From Methanolinea mesophila (lineage in GTDB: Archaea; Halobacteriota; Methanomicrobia; Methanomicrobiales; Methanospirillaceae): a stretch of DNA of 24,000 nucleotides. The stretch covers positions 1,345,529-1,369,528 of the forward strand of contig NZ_JAGGKR010000001.1 of the NCBI RefSeq assembly GCF_017873855.1, written 5' to 3'. The position numbers and the translations under genes are program-made. The notes below the pieces were generated by a model. That model saw only the letters and a program-made list of their open reading frames with translations, was not told the origin of the DNA and ran no database searches. Positions 8,632 to 16,108 of the stretch are shown piece by piece (within the stretch, counting starts at the first letter, position 1; the number at the start of each line of letters is the position of its first letter).

Positions 8632-8640
8632 TTCTTTTTT
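8632..8640 (+). terminator. Oligo-T tract (TTCTTTTTT) 7 nt after the HEAT-repeat gene stop
   Basis: It fills most of the 14-bp spacer between convergent genes. Its last T is part of the opposite gene's stop codon. Confidence 0.4.
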
Positions 8641-9149
8641 CAGGGCAACAGGGTAAACGTCGAGGTCTCCGAGAGATTCCGCACCGTAAGCGCGGTGATG
8701 GTCACGACGTACTCGTCCGGGACGAAACCGGCGGTATCCAGGATGTAGGACCATGAATTGTTACCCGGCGGGACTCCCTCCTCCACCGTGACGACTGCCG
8801 ACGCGCCGGAGAACGCGGTGTTATTCTCCTTCGGGGCAGGCCCGAACGAGACCGAGGTCACTTCGATGAGCAGCTGGTTCCCCCCGGAGAGGATGGTGCT
8901 CCCCGAGATCAGGATCTCGTCCCCGACGTGGTACGTGCCCCCGGGAACGTAACGGATCGGACCGGGAACGGGAGATGTTCCGGAAGGAATTGCAGTGACC
9001 GCCGGAGTGGTCTCCACGGGGGAGACCGTGGCGGTGGGAACCGGCGTGGTGGGGGGAGGGGTCGCCGGACCCCCGGGATAGTACGCGCAACCCGCGGCGA
9101 GCACCATGCACCCCGCTATTGCGACCAGGATCCATCCTGAAGAGTTCAT
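8640..9149 (-). CDS. Secreted or lipid-anchored protein: signal peptide with lipobox-like Cys, Thr/Pro-rich linker, beta-rich domain
   Basis: MNSSGWILVAIAGCMVLAAGC is followed by PATPPPTTPVPTATVSPVETTPAVTAIPSGTSPVP and then a ~110-aa beta-strand-like domain. The ORF track begins at a GTG (9173). The ATG at 9149 gives a canonical signal peptide. Confidence 0.7.
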   Translation of the reverse strand: MNSSGWILVAIAGCMVLAAGCAYYPGGPATPPPTTPVPTATVSPVETTPAVTAIPSGTSPVPGPIRYVPGGTYHVGDEILISGSTILSGGNQLLIEVTSVSFGPAPKENNTAFSGASAVVTVEEGVPPGNNSWSYILDTAGFVPDEYVVTITALTVRNLSETSTFTLLP

Positions 9150-9403
9150 GCATGACTCTCCCGCCCGGGACACATTAAGGTGCGGTTCTGACCGGATTCT
9201 GACCCGGCTGTCACGGCACCTTCTTTCGGGGGATCCCCTTCCGACCGGAGGTTAGGAAACTGTCTCATCCGGGGAGGGTTATTCAGCCTGGCCACACCCC
9301 CGGGAAAGTTCCCGGCTCGCGGTCTCCGGGATCCCCCCTCCGGTCCCCCGGGCAGCCGGAACCGGCATGGGGACATTCGAAACCTTATCGTCGATCCCGC
9401 CGC

Positions 9404-9411
9404 AATAAAAA
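9404..9411 (+). promoter_or_regulatory. TATA-like box (AATAAAAA) upstream of the MNT-HEPN fusion gene
   Basis: It is the only A/T-rich element in an otherwise GC-rich spacer, ~57-64 nt upstream of the ATG at 9468. That leaves room for a ~30-nt leader containing GGGGAGG. Confidence 0.3.
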
Positions 9412-9467
9412 GGGTACATGCGGTTCGGGATCTGTCGCACCATTAGCGGTAGGCGGGGAGGCACGTC

Positions 9468-10166
9468 ATGAGCGGCCGCGACCGCCCGTCGACCGGAGAG
9501 GAGGTCCTCTTAAAGCTGAACAGCAAGTTCCCGGTGGCAAAAAAGCTCTACGGTATCACCAAACTGGGCATCTTCGACGCCCTCGCCAGGGGCGAGGAAG
9601 AGGAGGACGGGCGTATCGATGTCCTGGTGGAGTTCCAGTCGGCCGGGGAGAACCTGAAAAATTTCTGTGAGCTTTCAACCTTCATCGAGGAACTGCTCGG
9701 ACGGAAGGCCTGGCTGGTCACCACCCGCGTCCTTGCGGAGCACCCCCCGGAAATGAAAGAGGCACCTCCCTTCGATGGCAGGGGAAAAGACCTTTCGTGC
9801 ATCGAAAAGATCAGGGAGGAGGCCGGGTTTCTCCTGGAATACCAACAGAAGGCAAATTTCCGACAATTTTCCCTGGAAGAGCCTTCGAACAGGAAGGTAT
9901 CCCTTTCCCTGGACACTATCGGGCGTTGTGCGGTCCAGGTCTCTCCCGGGGAGAAGATGCGTAACCCGCAAATCCCCTGGAACCTCCTGATCTGTTTTCA
10001 TAACAGGCTTATACACCCGTATTACGGGCCAGATCTCAAGATCGCCTGGAGTGCGGTTACCGATCTCATCCCTCCGCTGATCCAGGACCTCGACGCAATC
10101 ATTGCACACCTGCAGAAGAGTCCCCCGGCCCGGGAGCCGCCCGGGGGCTCATCGGGAGAGCATTGA
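9468..10166 (+). CDS. Fused minimal nucleotidyltransferase (MntA-like) and DUF86/HEPN (HepT-like) protein with substituted catalytic motifs
   Basis: The N-terminal half reads KLYGITKLGIFDALARGEEEEDGRIDVLVEF...LLGRKAWLVT, which fits a COG1669-type MNT scaffold. The C-terminal half reads IPWNLLICFHNRLIHPYYGPDLKIAWSAVTDLIPPL, which fits a DUF86 scaffold. GGGGAGG (9455-9461) lies upstream of the ATG. Confidence 0.75.
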   Translation: MSGRDRPSTGEEVLLKLNSKFPVAKKLYGITKLGIFDALARGEEEEDGRIDVLVEFQSAGENLKNFCELSTFIEELLGRKAWLVTTRVLAEHPPEMKEAPPFDGRGKDLSCIEKIREEAGFLLEYQQKANFRQFSLEEPSNRKVSLSLDTIGRCAVQVSPGEKMRNPQIPWNLLICFHNRLIHPYYGPDLKIAWSAVTDLIPPLIQDLDAIIAHLQKSPPAREPPGGSSGEH

Positions 10167-10289
10167 CGGTTCCGGTCGTTTCAGCATGGTTATTAGGGGA
10201 GAGCACGAGAGATCCAATAGTGAGCCTTCATCCAGGGATACGGACGTCCGCCCTGGTGAAGGAGCCGCACCAATTCCGGGTCGTGACGC

Positions 10290-11276
10290 ATGAGTTCCTC
10301 GTATAACCTCTCCCCGCCCCTCAAGGCCCTTCTGGATTATGCCGAGAGCGCGCTCGGCACCGAGATCGTTCTGTCCCGGAGGATGGATGTCCCGCCCCAC
10401 GGTCTGCTGGTGGATGACTACACCTTCGGCACCGGGAAGAATATCATCGCGTTCCCGGGCTCCATGCTCGGTATGCTCAAGGACTTCGTCATCGCGAAAA
10501 ACTGCGTCCAGCTCCTGTTCCGGGGAATGGCTGCCAGGAATGGACAGTACAGGGTCCTCTCGTTTACCGAGGAGAGCGCGATCAGGGGTGCAAACCAGAT
10601 CTACCTGGATACCCTGAAGGACGAGAATACCCGGAACATGGAGATCTGGCGAAAAAAACAGCTCATCTTTTATCTCTACATGCTCTTCCACGAGACGCTC
10701 TCGGACCTGCCATGGAGCGTGCTCGCGAATATCCTTGTCGCCAAGAAGTATCCCATGATGCGCAATGCGCAGATCTACTCTCTGGTAAAGGAGAGCATGC
10801 GTGACATGCACGACCTCGTCCCCGCAAAGGAGTTCCTCCCCCAGCGCTACTTCGTGATGCACAACGGACTTTACTACGGCAGGGATATGATCCTCGCCTA
10901 CTACCTCTCCGAGAACAAGCTCAACCCGGTCATCAATATCCCCGAACTGCAGAAGTTCCGGAACCTCGATGTCAAGGAGATGATGAGTGTCCGCTGGTCC
11001 AGGTCCCCCTGGTACCACACCAAGATCGTGGGTGATGCAATGTCGAACGTCCTCAAGCTCAGCCTGACCGTGGACTTCGAACGGCCGATCGGGGATGACC
11101 TCTTCTCGGACCTCTACCGCCAGGGCGAAGAGATCGCGAACCGGTGGATGGTGATGATGGCCATGCCCAACTGGTACCCGTGGGAATCCCCCGGGCACCT
11201 GAGAGAGGCCGAGAAACAGAAGGACCGGATAGAAGAGGCCACGCAGGCCCACGTGTTTGGGGACGCAGAAGGATAA
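10290..11276 (+). CDS. Hypothetical protein, family not recognised (328 aa, probably mostly alpha-helical, rich in aromatic residues and Met)
   Basis: ATG start. Third-position G/C bias is very strong in this frame. The long antisense ORF 10149-11252 has the E/V/H/D/G-rich composition of a shadow ORF. I can name no motif. Confidence 0.7.
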   Translation: MSSSYNLSPPLKALLDYAESALGTEIVLSRRMDVPPHGLLVDDYTFGTGKNIIAFPGSMLGMLKDFVIAKNCVQLLFRGMAARNGQYRVLSFTEESAIRGANQIYLDTLKDENTRNMEIWRKKQLIFYLYMLFHETLSDLPWSVLANILVAKKYPMMRNAQIYSLVKESMRDMHDLVPAKEFLPQRYFVMHNGLYYGRDMILAYYLSENKLNPVINIPELQKFRNLDVKEMMSVRWSRSPWYHTKIVGDAMSNVLKLSLTVDFERPIGDDLFSDLYRQGEEIANRWMVMMAMPNWYPWESPGHLREAEKQKDRIEEATQAHVFGDAEG

Positions 11277-11360
11277 CGGTAAGTACTCTCCCGGCCCGGT
11301 TCACACGGCCGAGGGGGCAAAACCCATGTGCCCGGAGATCGCATAGCTATAGGATTTGAT

Positions 11361-12653
11361 ATGCGGATACCGATACAGGATGTGACCCCCGAGACCGGCA
11401 CTGCCGAAATTTTTGGGTGGGTCCATGAGGTCCGGGATCTTGGAGGGCTCGCATTCTTCCTTATCCGGGACAGGACAGGAATTATCCAGGTCACCGTACC
11501 TAAGAAAAAGGCATCCGAGCATGTGCTCACCGCGATAAAGGAGGTCTCCCGTGAGTCCGTGGTCCGGATCTCCGGGACCGTGAAGGCGATCGATAAAGCC
11601 CCCGGGGGCCGGGAACTGGTCCCCGAGGTCTTCCAGATCATCTCCCGGAGCGAGAGCCCCATGCCCCTCGACGTGGTGGAGAAGGTGCCTGCGGAGCTTG
11701 ATACCAGGCTTGATTCACGGTTCCTTGACGCTCGCAGGCCCAGGGTTGCGGCAGTCTTTACCATCAGGTCCGCGGTGATCCACAAGGTCAACGAGTTCCT
11801 CTTCTCCCACGGGTTTGTCAATATCACCACCCCCAAAGTGGTGGCCGCGGCGACCGAAGGAGGGACCGAGCTCTTTCCCATCGCGTATTTCGAAAAGGAA
11901 GCGTTCCTCAACCAGAGCCCGCAGCTCTACAAACAGATGATGATGGCCGCCGGGTTCGAGAAGGTCTTCGAGATCGGGCCCATCTTCCGGGCCGAGGAGC
12001 ATAACACCACCAAGCACCTGAACGAGGCGACATCGATCGATGTGGAGGTCTCGTTCGCGGACCACTACGAGGTCATGAACCTGCTCGAGGACCTGGTGCG
12101 GGATACCTACCTTCATGTGGCGGACCACTGCCAGGATGCCCTCGCCAATCTCGAGATCAGGGATTTCGCCGTTCCCGACTGCCCCTTCCCCAGGCTCAAT
12201 TACGCGGAAGCCATCGCTATCGCGCAGAAGAAGATCGAGGAGCCGATCGGGTACGGGGACGATCTCAATTCGGCGGCGGAGAGAGCCATCGGCGAGGAGA
12301 TGGGGTGTCATTACTTCATCGTGGACTGGCCGACGGAGATCAAGCCCTATTATGCCATGCCTTTCGAGCACGACCCCTCGATCTGTAAGGCGTTCGACAT
12401 GATGCACCCCCGGATGGAGCTCTCCAGCGGAGCCCAGCGGGTCCACCAGCACGACCTGCTCGTACAGCAGATCAGTGCGAAAGGTCTCAATCCCGAGAGT
12501 TTCGAGTTCTACCTGACCCCGTTCCGCTACGGCATGCCGCCCCACGCGGGATGGGGGCTCGGGGCGGAGCGGGTAGTGATGACCATGCTCGGGCTCGGCA
12601 ACATCCGGGAGGCGGTCCTCTTCCCGAGGGACCGGCACAGGCTGGTGCCATGA
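11361..12653 (+). CDS. aspS: Aspartate--tRNA ligase, archaeal/eukaryotic type
   Basis: [27 protein letters not shown] (OB-fold anticodon-binding domain), FRAEEHNT (class II motif 2 region) and [17 protein letters not shown] (motif 3). The ORF track opens at a GTG (11328). The ATG at 11361 gives the family-typical N-terminus and a ~430-aa length. Confidence 0.9.
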   Translation: MRIPIQDVTPETGTAEIFGWVHEVRDLGGLAFFLIRDRTGIIQVTVPKKKASEHVLTAIKEVSRESVVRISGTVKAIDKAPGGRELVPEVFQIISRSESPMPLDVVEKVPAELDTRLDSRFLDARRPRVAAVFTIRSAVIHKVNEFLFSHGFVNITTPKVVAAATEGGTELFPIAYFEKEAFLNQSPQLYKQMMMAAGFEKVFEIGPIFRAEEHNTTKHLNEATSIDVEVSFADHYEVMNLLEDLVRDTYLHVADHCQDALANLEIRDFAVPDCPFPRLNYAEAIAIAQKKIEEPIGYGDDLNSAAERAIGEEMGCHYFIVDWPTEIKPYYAMPFEHDPSICKAFDMMHPRMELSSGAQRVHQHDLLVQQISAKGLNPESFEFYLTPFRYGMPPHAGWGLGAERVVMTMLGLGNIREAVLFPRDRHRLVP

Positions 12654-13558
12654 ACCTCATTCCCGGCGCGCCGCTCCTTCCCACGACCGTGGTGGGGAGC
12701 TATCCGGTAGTGCAGGGCGGAGGGCTCTCTTCGCTCGTAAATCCGCTCCGGTCCGCGATGAAGCGGGCGGTGGAGGACCAGATCAGCGCCGGGATCGATA
12801 TCATATCGGACGGACAGGTACGGGGCGATATGGTGGGTGCCTTTACCTCCCGCCTCCCCGGGATCCGTGGACAGGAGGTGGTGGGAAAGGTGCTCCCCGC
12901 ATCCGCGCCCATCACCGCGGCGGATGTGCGGTATGCCCGCCGGAGGACCCCCCTCGTGAAAGGGATCGTCACCGGGCCGACAACCCTCGCCCATGCCCTC
13001 CACCTCGCAACACCGCTCTACCGGAACCGTGAGGAACTGGTCCCGGACCTCGCTTCGGCGCTCGCGCTGGAGGCCCGTGCACTCCAGGAAGAAGGGATCG
13101 CGGTTCTCCAGATCGACGAACCGATCCTGTCCACGGGTATGGGCGACCTGGAGGTCGCGAAAAAAGCCATTGCGATAATCGCCGGACAGGTCTCGGTCCC
13201 GGTCTGCCTCCACGTCTGCGGGGACCTGGGAGCAGTAGTGGACGACCTCCTCTCCTATCCCGTGCAGATCCTGGACTTCGAGTTCTCCAGGAACCCTGGC
13301 AATATGGAAATAATCTCCGGAAAAGACCTTGGAGGGAGGATGATCGGGTTCGGGTGCGTGGACTCGGCGAGCCCGGAGGTCGAACCTGCTGATGTCATCC
13401 TTTCCAGGATCAGGGGTGGTGTAGAACTCTTCGGCCCGGAACAGATGCTCGTCGACCCGGACTGCGGGCTCCGGATGCATTCACGGGACACGGCGTATGC
13501 CAAGCTTTCTCACATGGCAGAGGCCGCGAAAACGGCAAGAAAAGAGTGTCAGGGGTAG
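12650..13558 (+). CDS. Cobalamin-independent methionine synthase family protein (MetE catalytic-domain-only, archaeal type)
   Basis: LPTTVVGSYP, ISDGQVRGDMV, LQIDEP, CLHVCGD and VDPDCGLR match the COG0620 Zn-methyltransferase blocks. The start MNLIPG.. (ATG 12650) overlaps the aspS stop as ATGA. The part of the ORF upstream of it is Gly/Ala/Arg-rich read-through. Confidence 0.8.
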   Translation: MNLIPGAPLLPTTVVGSYPVVQGGGLSSLVNPLRSAMKRAVEDQISAGIDIISDGQVRGDMVGAFTSRLPGIRGQEVVGKVLPASAPITAADVRYARRRTPLVKGIVTGPTTLAHALHLATPLYRNREELVPDLASALALEARALQEEGIAVLQIDEPILSTGMGDLEVAKKAIAIIAGQVSVPVCLHVCGDLGAVVDDLLSYPVQILDFEFSRNPGNMEIISGKDLGGRMIGFGCVDSASPEVEPADVILSRIRGGVELFGPEQMLVDPDCGLRMHSRDTAYAKLSHMAEAAKTARKECQG

Positions 13559-13559
13559 G

Positions 13560-14144
13560 TTATACCACTCTCGAGGTGGTGGAGAGTTCGATCCCCTTCT
13601 CGGTGATGTTGAACGGGATAAGCCGTTTCGGCACCGCCATTTTATGGGCTTTGTGAACGGCGAGCTGCCGCTCGATCTCGTTCATGAAGATCACTTCCTT
13701 GAGCTCGATTACCACGTCGGCCCGCCGCAATACCTGGAACTCTTCGACGCCGGAGTGGAGTTCAGGGTAGACGGTGAACATGATGTTCGCATTCCGGGCA
13801 GCCACCTCTTTCTCGGCGGCGATCATGCAGTCCAGGGCTTTCTCGATCCCGAATTTGAGGATCACCGAGGAAAGGGAATCCACCACGAGGCGGTCTCCCT
13901 TGTAGAGCGGGACAAACGCCGAGGGATCGATCCCTCTCGCATCGATCATTCCTTCCTCGATCTCGGCGTCCATCATGAGATAGGTCCCGGGTTCGTTGTC
14001 CACCCGCCAGAACTGCCGGGTGATGTGCTCGATACCGGTGAGAGGGGAGCCTATGACCACTATGGTGGTCCCGAGCGGATAGCCTCCCTCCATGGCCTGG
14101 TCCAGACCCCCTACACCGCTGGACCTGCGATCTTCCCTTGGCAA
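13560..14144 (-). CDS. KaiC/RecA-superfamily protein with a degenerate Walker A (probable pseudo-ATPase)
   Basis: SGVGGLDQAMEGGYPLGTTIVVIGSPLTGIEH aligns to the KaiC-like tGipGLDelLgGGlp.Gs..lv.G.pGtGKT, but the GKT is replaced by GIE. A Walker-B-like LVVDS is present. The C-terminus RQLAVHKAHKMAVPKRLIPFNITEKGIEL is KaiC-like. The only start upstream of the conserved N-terminal motif is TTG at 14144, because an in-frame stop lies at 14160-14162. Confidence 0.7.
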   Translation of the reverse strand: MPREDRRSSGVGGLDQAMEGGYPLGTTIVVIGSPLTGIEHITRQFWRVDNEPGTYLMMDAEIEEGMIDARGIDPSAFVPLYKGDRLVVDSLSSVILKFGIEKALDCMIAAEKEVAARNANIMFTVYPELHSGVEEFQVLRRADVVIELKEVIFMNEIERQLAVHKAHKMAVPKRLIPFNITEKGIELSTTSRVV

Positions 14145-14202
14145 AAGGATTTCCCCGAATTACTATTCTCAAGCCGGCCTGATAAGTGTTATCGGGATTG
14201 TT

Positions 14203-15735
14203 TCACCCGAACTGTTCGCGGAGCGAGCGGCGGAGCAGTTTCCACCCGTGAGCCCGGGGAAGCGACGGGAGCACGATCATCTCCCTCGGGATCTTATACC
14301 CGGCCATCCGGGCCCTGCAGAACTCCTCCAATTCTTCTGCGGTAAGGGTCTCCCCGGCGACCAGCACCACCGCTGCGACCGGGATTTCTCCCTTCCGGGG
14401 GTCGTCCCGTCCGAATACCGCGACATCCGCGACCTTCGGGTGCTGGAGGATCACGTTCTCCACCTCCGTGGGATAGACCTTCCACCCCGACATGATGATC
14501 ATGTCCTTCTTCCGGTCGGTGATAAACAGCACTCCCCCGGGGTCAAGGTAGCCGATATCGCCGGTGAGGAACCAGCCGTCGGGCCGGAAGTGTTCCGCGC
14601 TTGCCTCCGGGAGGTTCCAGTAGCCGAGCGCCACCGCCGGCCCGCGGAGGGCGATCTCTCCGGGTTCGCCTGAGGAGAGCATGCACCCCGGGTCATCCGG
14701 GTCGACAATCCTGACCTCCGAGTAGCCTACAGGGCACCCTACGCTCTGGTAATTCCGGGTGAGTTCCGGATGATCCGGGATGGTCGCGGTCCCCGTTCCC
14801 ACCACGATGGTCTCAGAGAGCCCATAGGAATTCGCGATCGGGATCCCGTATCGCAGGTCGAACTTCTCCCAGATAACGGGCAGGAGCTGCCCTCCGCCGC
14901 TGATGATTACCCGCACGGTGCGCAGGCTGTCCTCGGTTCCCTGCGGCGCTCCGGCGAGGGTATGGATCACCGGCGGCATTGCCGCGAGCACGGTTACGCA
15001 AAAGTCCCTGCAGATGTCCAGATACTCCTGCTCCGAGAAACGCTCCATGATCAGGTAGGTCCCTCCGGCGCGGAGCGCCGCGATCCCCCAGCTCACCCCC
15101 ACGTGGCCCATGGGATAGATCCCGAGGTAGACATCCCCGGCACGGAGGGAGAGGACCTCCCGCTCGGCATCCAGGGCGGCCATCCAGTTCCCGTGGGTGA
15201 GGACCGCCCCTTTCGGCCGGCCGGTGGTCCCGGCGGTATACTGGAGCTGGCAGGGGTGATCGAACCCGCAGTGTTCCGCAGGCAGTTCCGGTGACGCCGT
15301 GAGAAGCACTTCGTCCCAGGATTCGCCGAATCTTCCTTCCCCGACCCGGATCACCACATCGACACCGGGGACTCCCTTCACCGCGTCTTCCGCGATAACC
15401 GCCGCAGATCCTCCTGCACAGATAAGGCCACGTGCCCCGGAGTCCCTGAGCACGTGGGCCAGTTCGTCGGCCTTGTACACGATGTTGGCCGGGACGGCGA
15501 CCGCCCCTATCCGCCACAATGCGAAGTAGCAGACGAGGTAGCGGGGAGAGCTGTCGAGATAGATGCAGACCCGGTCTCCCTTCGCTATTCCCCGTGATTT
15601 CAGGCCGTTCCCCAGTCGGCATGCCTGTTCGAGCAGTTCCGCATAGGTAAGGGATTCCCCGGTGTGTGGCACCCTGAGCGCGACGAGGGCCGGGTCGCAA
15701 GCGTGCTGATCAAGGAACGTGGTCACGTTGGGCAT
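14203..15735 (-). CDS. AMP-forming acyl-CoA synthetase/ligase (class I adenylate-forming enzyme)
   Basis: YTAGTTGRPKGAVLTH, SYGLSET, TGDIGYLDPGGVLFITDRKKDMI and a C-terminal YKIPR are the canonical ANL motifs. I prefer the ATG at 15735 (MPNVTTFLDQ..) over the ORF-track start at 15801. Confidence 0.85.
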   Translation of the reverse strand: MPNVTTFLDQHACDPALVALRVPHTGESLTYAELLEQACRLGNGLKSRGIAKGDRVCIYLDSSPRYLVCYFALWRIGAVAVPANIVYKADELAHVLRDSGARGLICAGGSAAVIAEDAVKGVPGVDVVIRVGEGRFGESWDEVLLTASPELPAEHCGFDHPCQLQYTAGTTGRPKGAVLTHGNWMAALDAEREVLSLRAGDVYLGIYPMGHVGVSWGIAALRAGGTYLIMERFSEQEYLDICRDFCVTVLAAMPPVIHTLAGAPQGTEDSLRTVRVIISGGGQLLPVIWEKFDLRYGIPIANSYGLSETIVVGTGTATIPDHPELTRNYQSVGCPVGYSEVRIVDPDDPGCMLSSGEPGEIALRGPAVALGYWNLPEASAEHFRPDGWFLTGDIGYLDPGGVLFITDRKKDMIIMSGWKVYPTEVENVILQHPKVADVAVFGRDDPRKGEIPVAAVVLVAGETLTAEELEEFCRARMAGYKIPREMIVLPSLPRAHGWKLLRRSLREQFG

Positions 15736-16088
15736 GGGTTCACTCCGGGAAATGCTCTCACAGGAATATACACTGATGTATAATTGTGTCCATTTTATCA
15801 CTTAATCCTGCCTGTTTCTGGCGGCGGAAAACGGCTTCGCCGTTTTCGTGATGACGTTGAATCAGGACACTCCCGGGGCTCCGCCTCGCCGCTGTGGCGC
15901 CCCTGGACGGGATATTACCGGGTCGTCGTTATGCAGAATATTTCCAGGAATCTCGACAGGAAAGGTTCCTGATCCGCCGCGGGGCGCCCTTCGGGGCGGC
16001 GGCGTCTATCCCGTTTGAAGAAAACTCGAACTGACTGGTGAGATTATGCGTTCTTCCCTAAAAGATGGAAAAATGTGAAATTTGGATA

Positions 16089-16108
16089 AAAACCGCGGAT
16101 GCGGTTTT
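16089..16108 (-). terminator. Hairpin plus T-run just after the cdc48 stop
   Basis: The minus strand reads AAAACCGC-ATCC-GCGGTTTT-T, an 8-bp stem and 4-nt loop running into T5. It begins 11 nt after the TAA at 16121-16119. Confidence 0.45.

Noticed and set aside
9302-9317. GGGAAAGTTCCCGGCTC resembles the RNase P RNA CR-I element (GAGGAAAGUCCGGGCUC).
   Set aside because: The match is imperfect, none of the other conserved RNase P regions is present, and the spacer is too short for the RNA. I also checked for SRP RNA (the helix 8 GGAAGGGAGCA-type motif) and did not find it.
10845-10862. An Rx4H match (RYFVMH) in the 328-aa unassigned protein could suggest a second HEPN-like RNase.
   Set aside because: A single Rx4H hit is expected by chance in a protein of this size. 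The flanking residues lack the HEPN context (a polar residue after the Arg, within a helical hairpin) that I can recognise.
10149-11252. Long ORFs antisense to called genes, for example 10149-11252(-), 4851-6044(+), 16818-18191(+), 12527-13480(-), 7723-8754(-), 2816-3868(+), 19440-20375(-), 11715-12638(-), 21144-22172(-) and 6267-7040(-).
   Set aside because: They are typical shadow ORFs of GC-rich DNA. Their compositions are dominated by R/G/P/H/E/V/D, they carry no recognisable motifs, and the G/C third-position bias belongs to the opposite-strand frame, which in each case encodes a recognisable protein.
15848-15854. GTGATGA matches the C box (RUGAUGA) of archaeal C/D-box sRNAs.
   Set aside because: There is no D' or D box (CUGA) at the required ~12-nt and ~50-60-nt spacing. 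The nearest CUGA is ~120 nt away, and there is no terminal stem.
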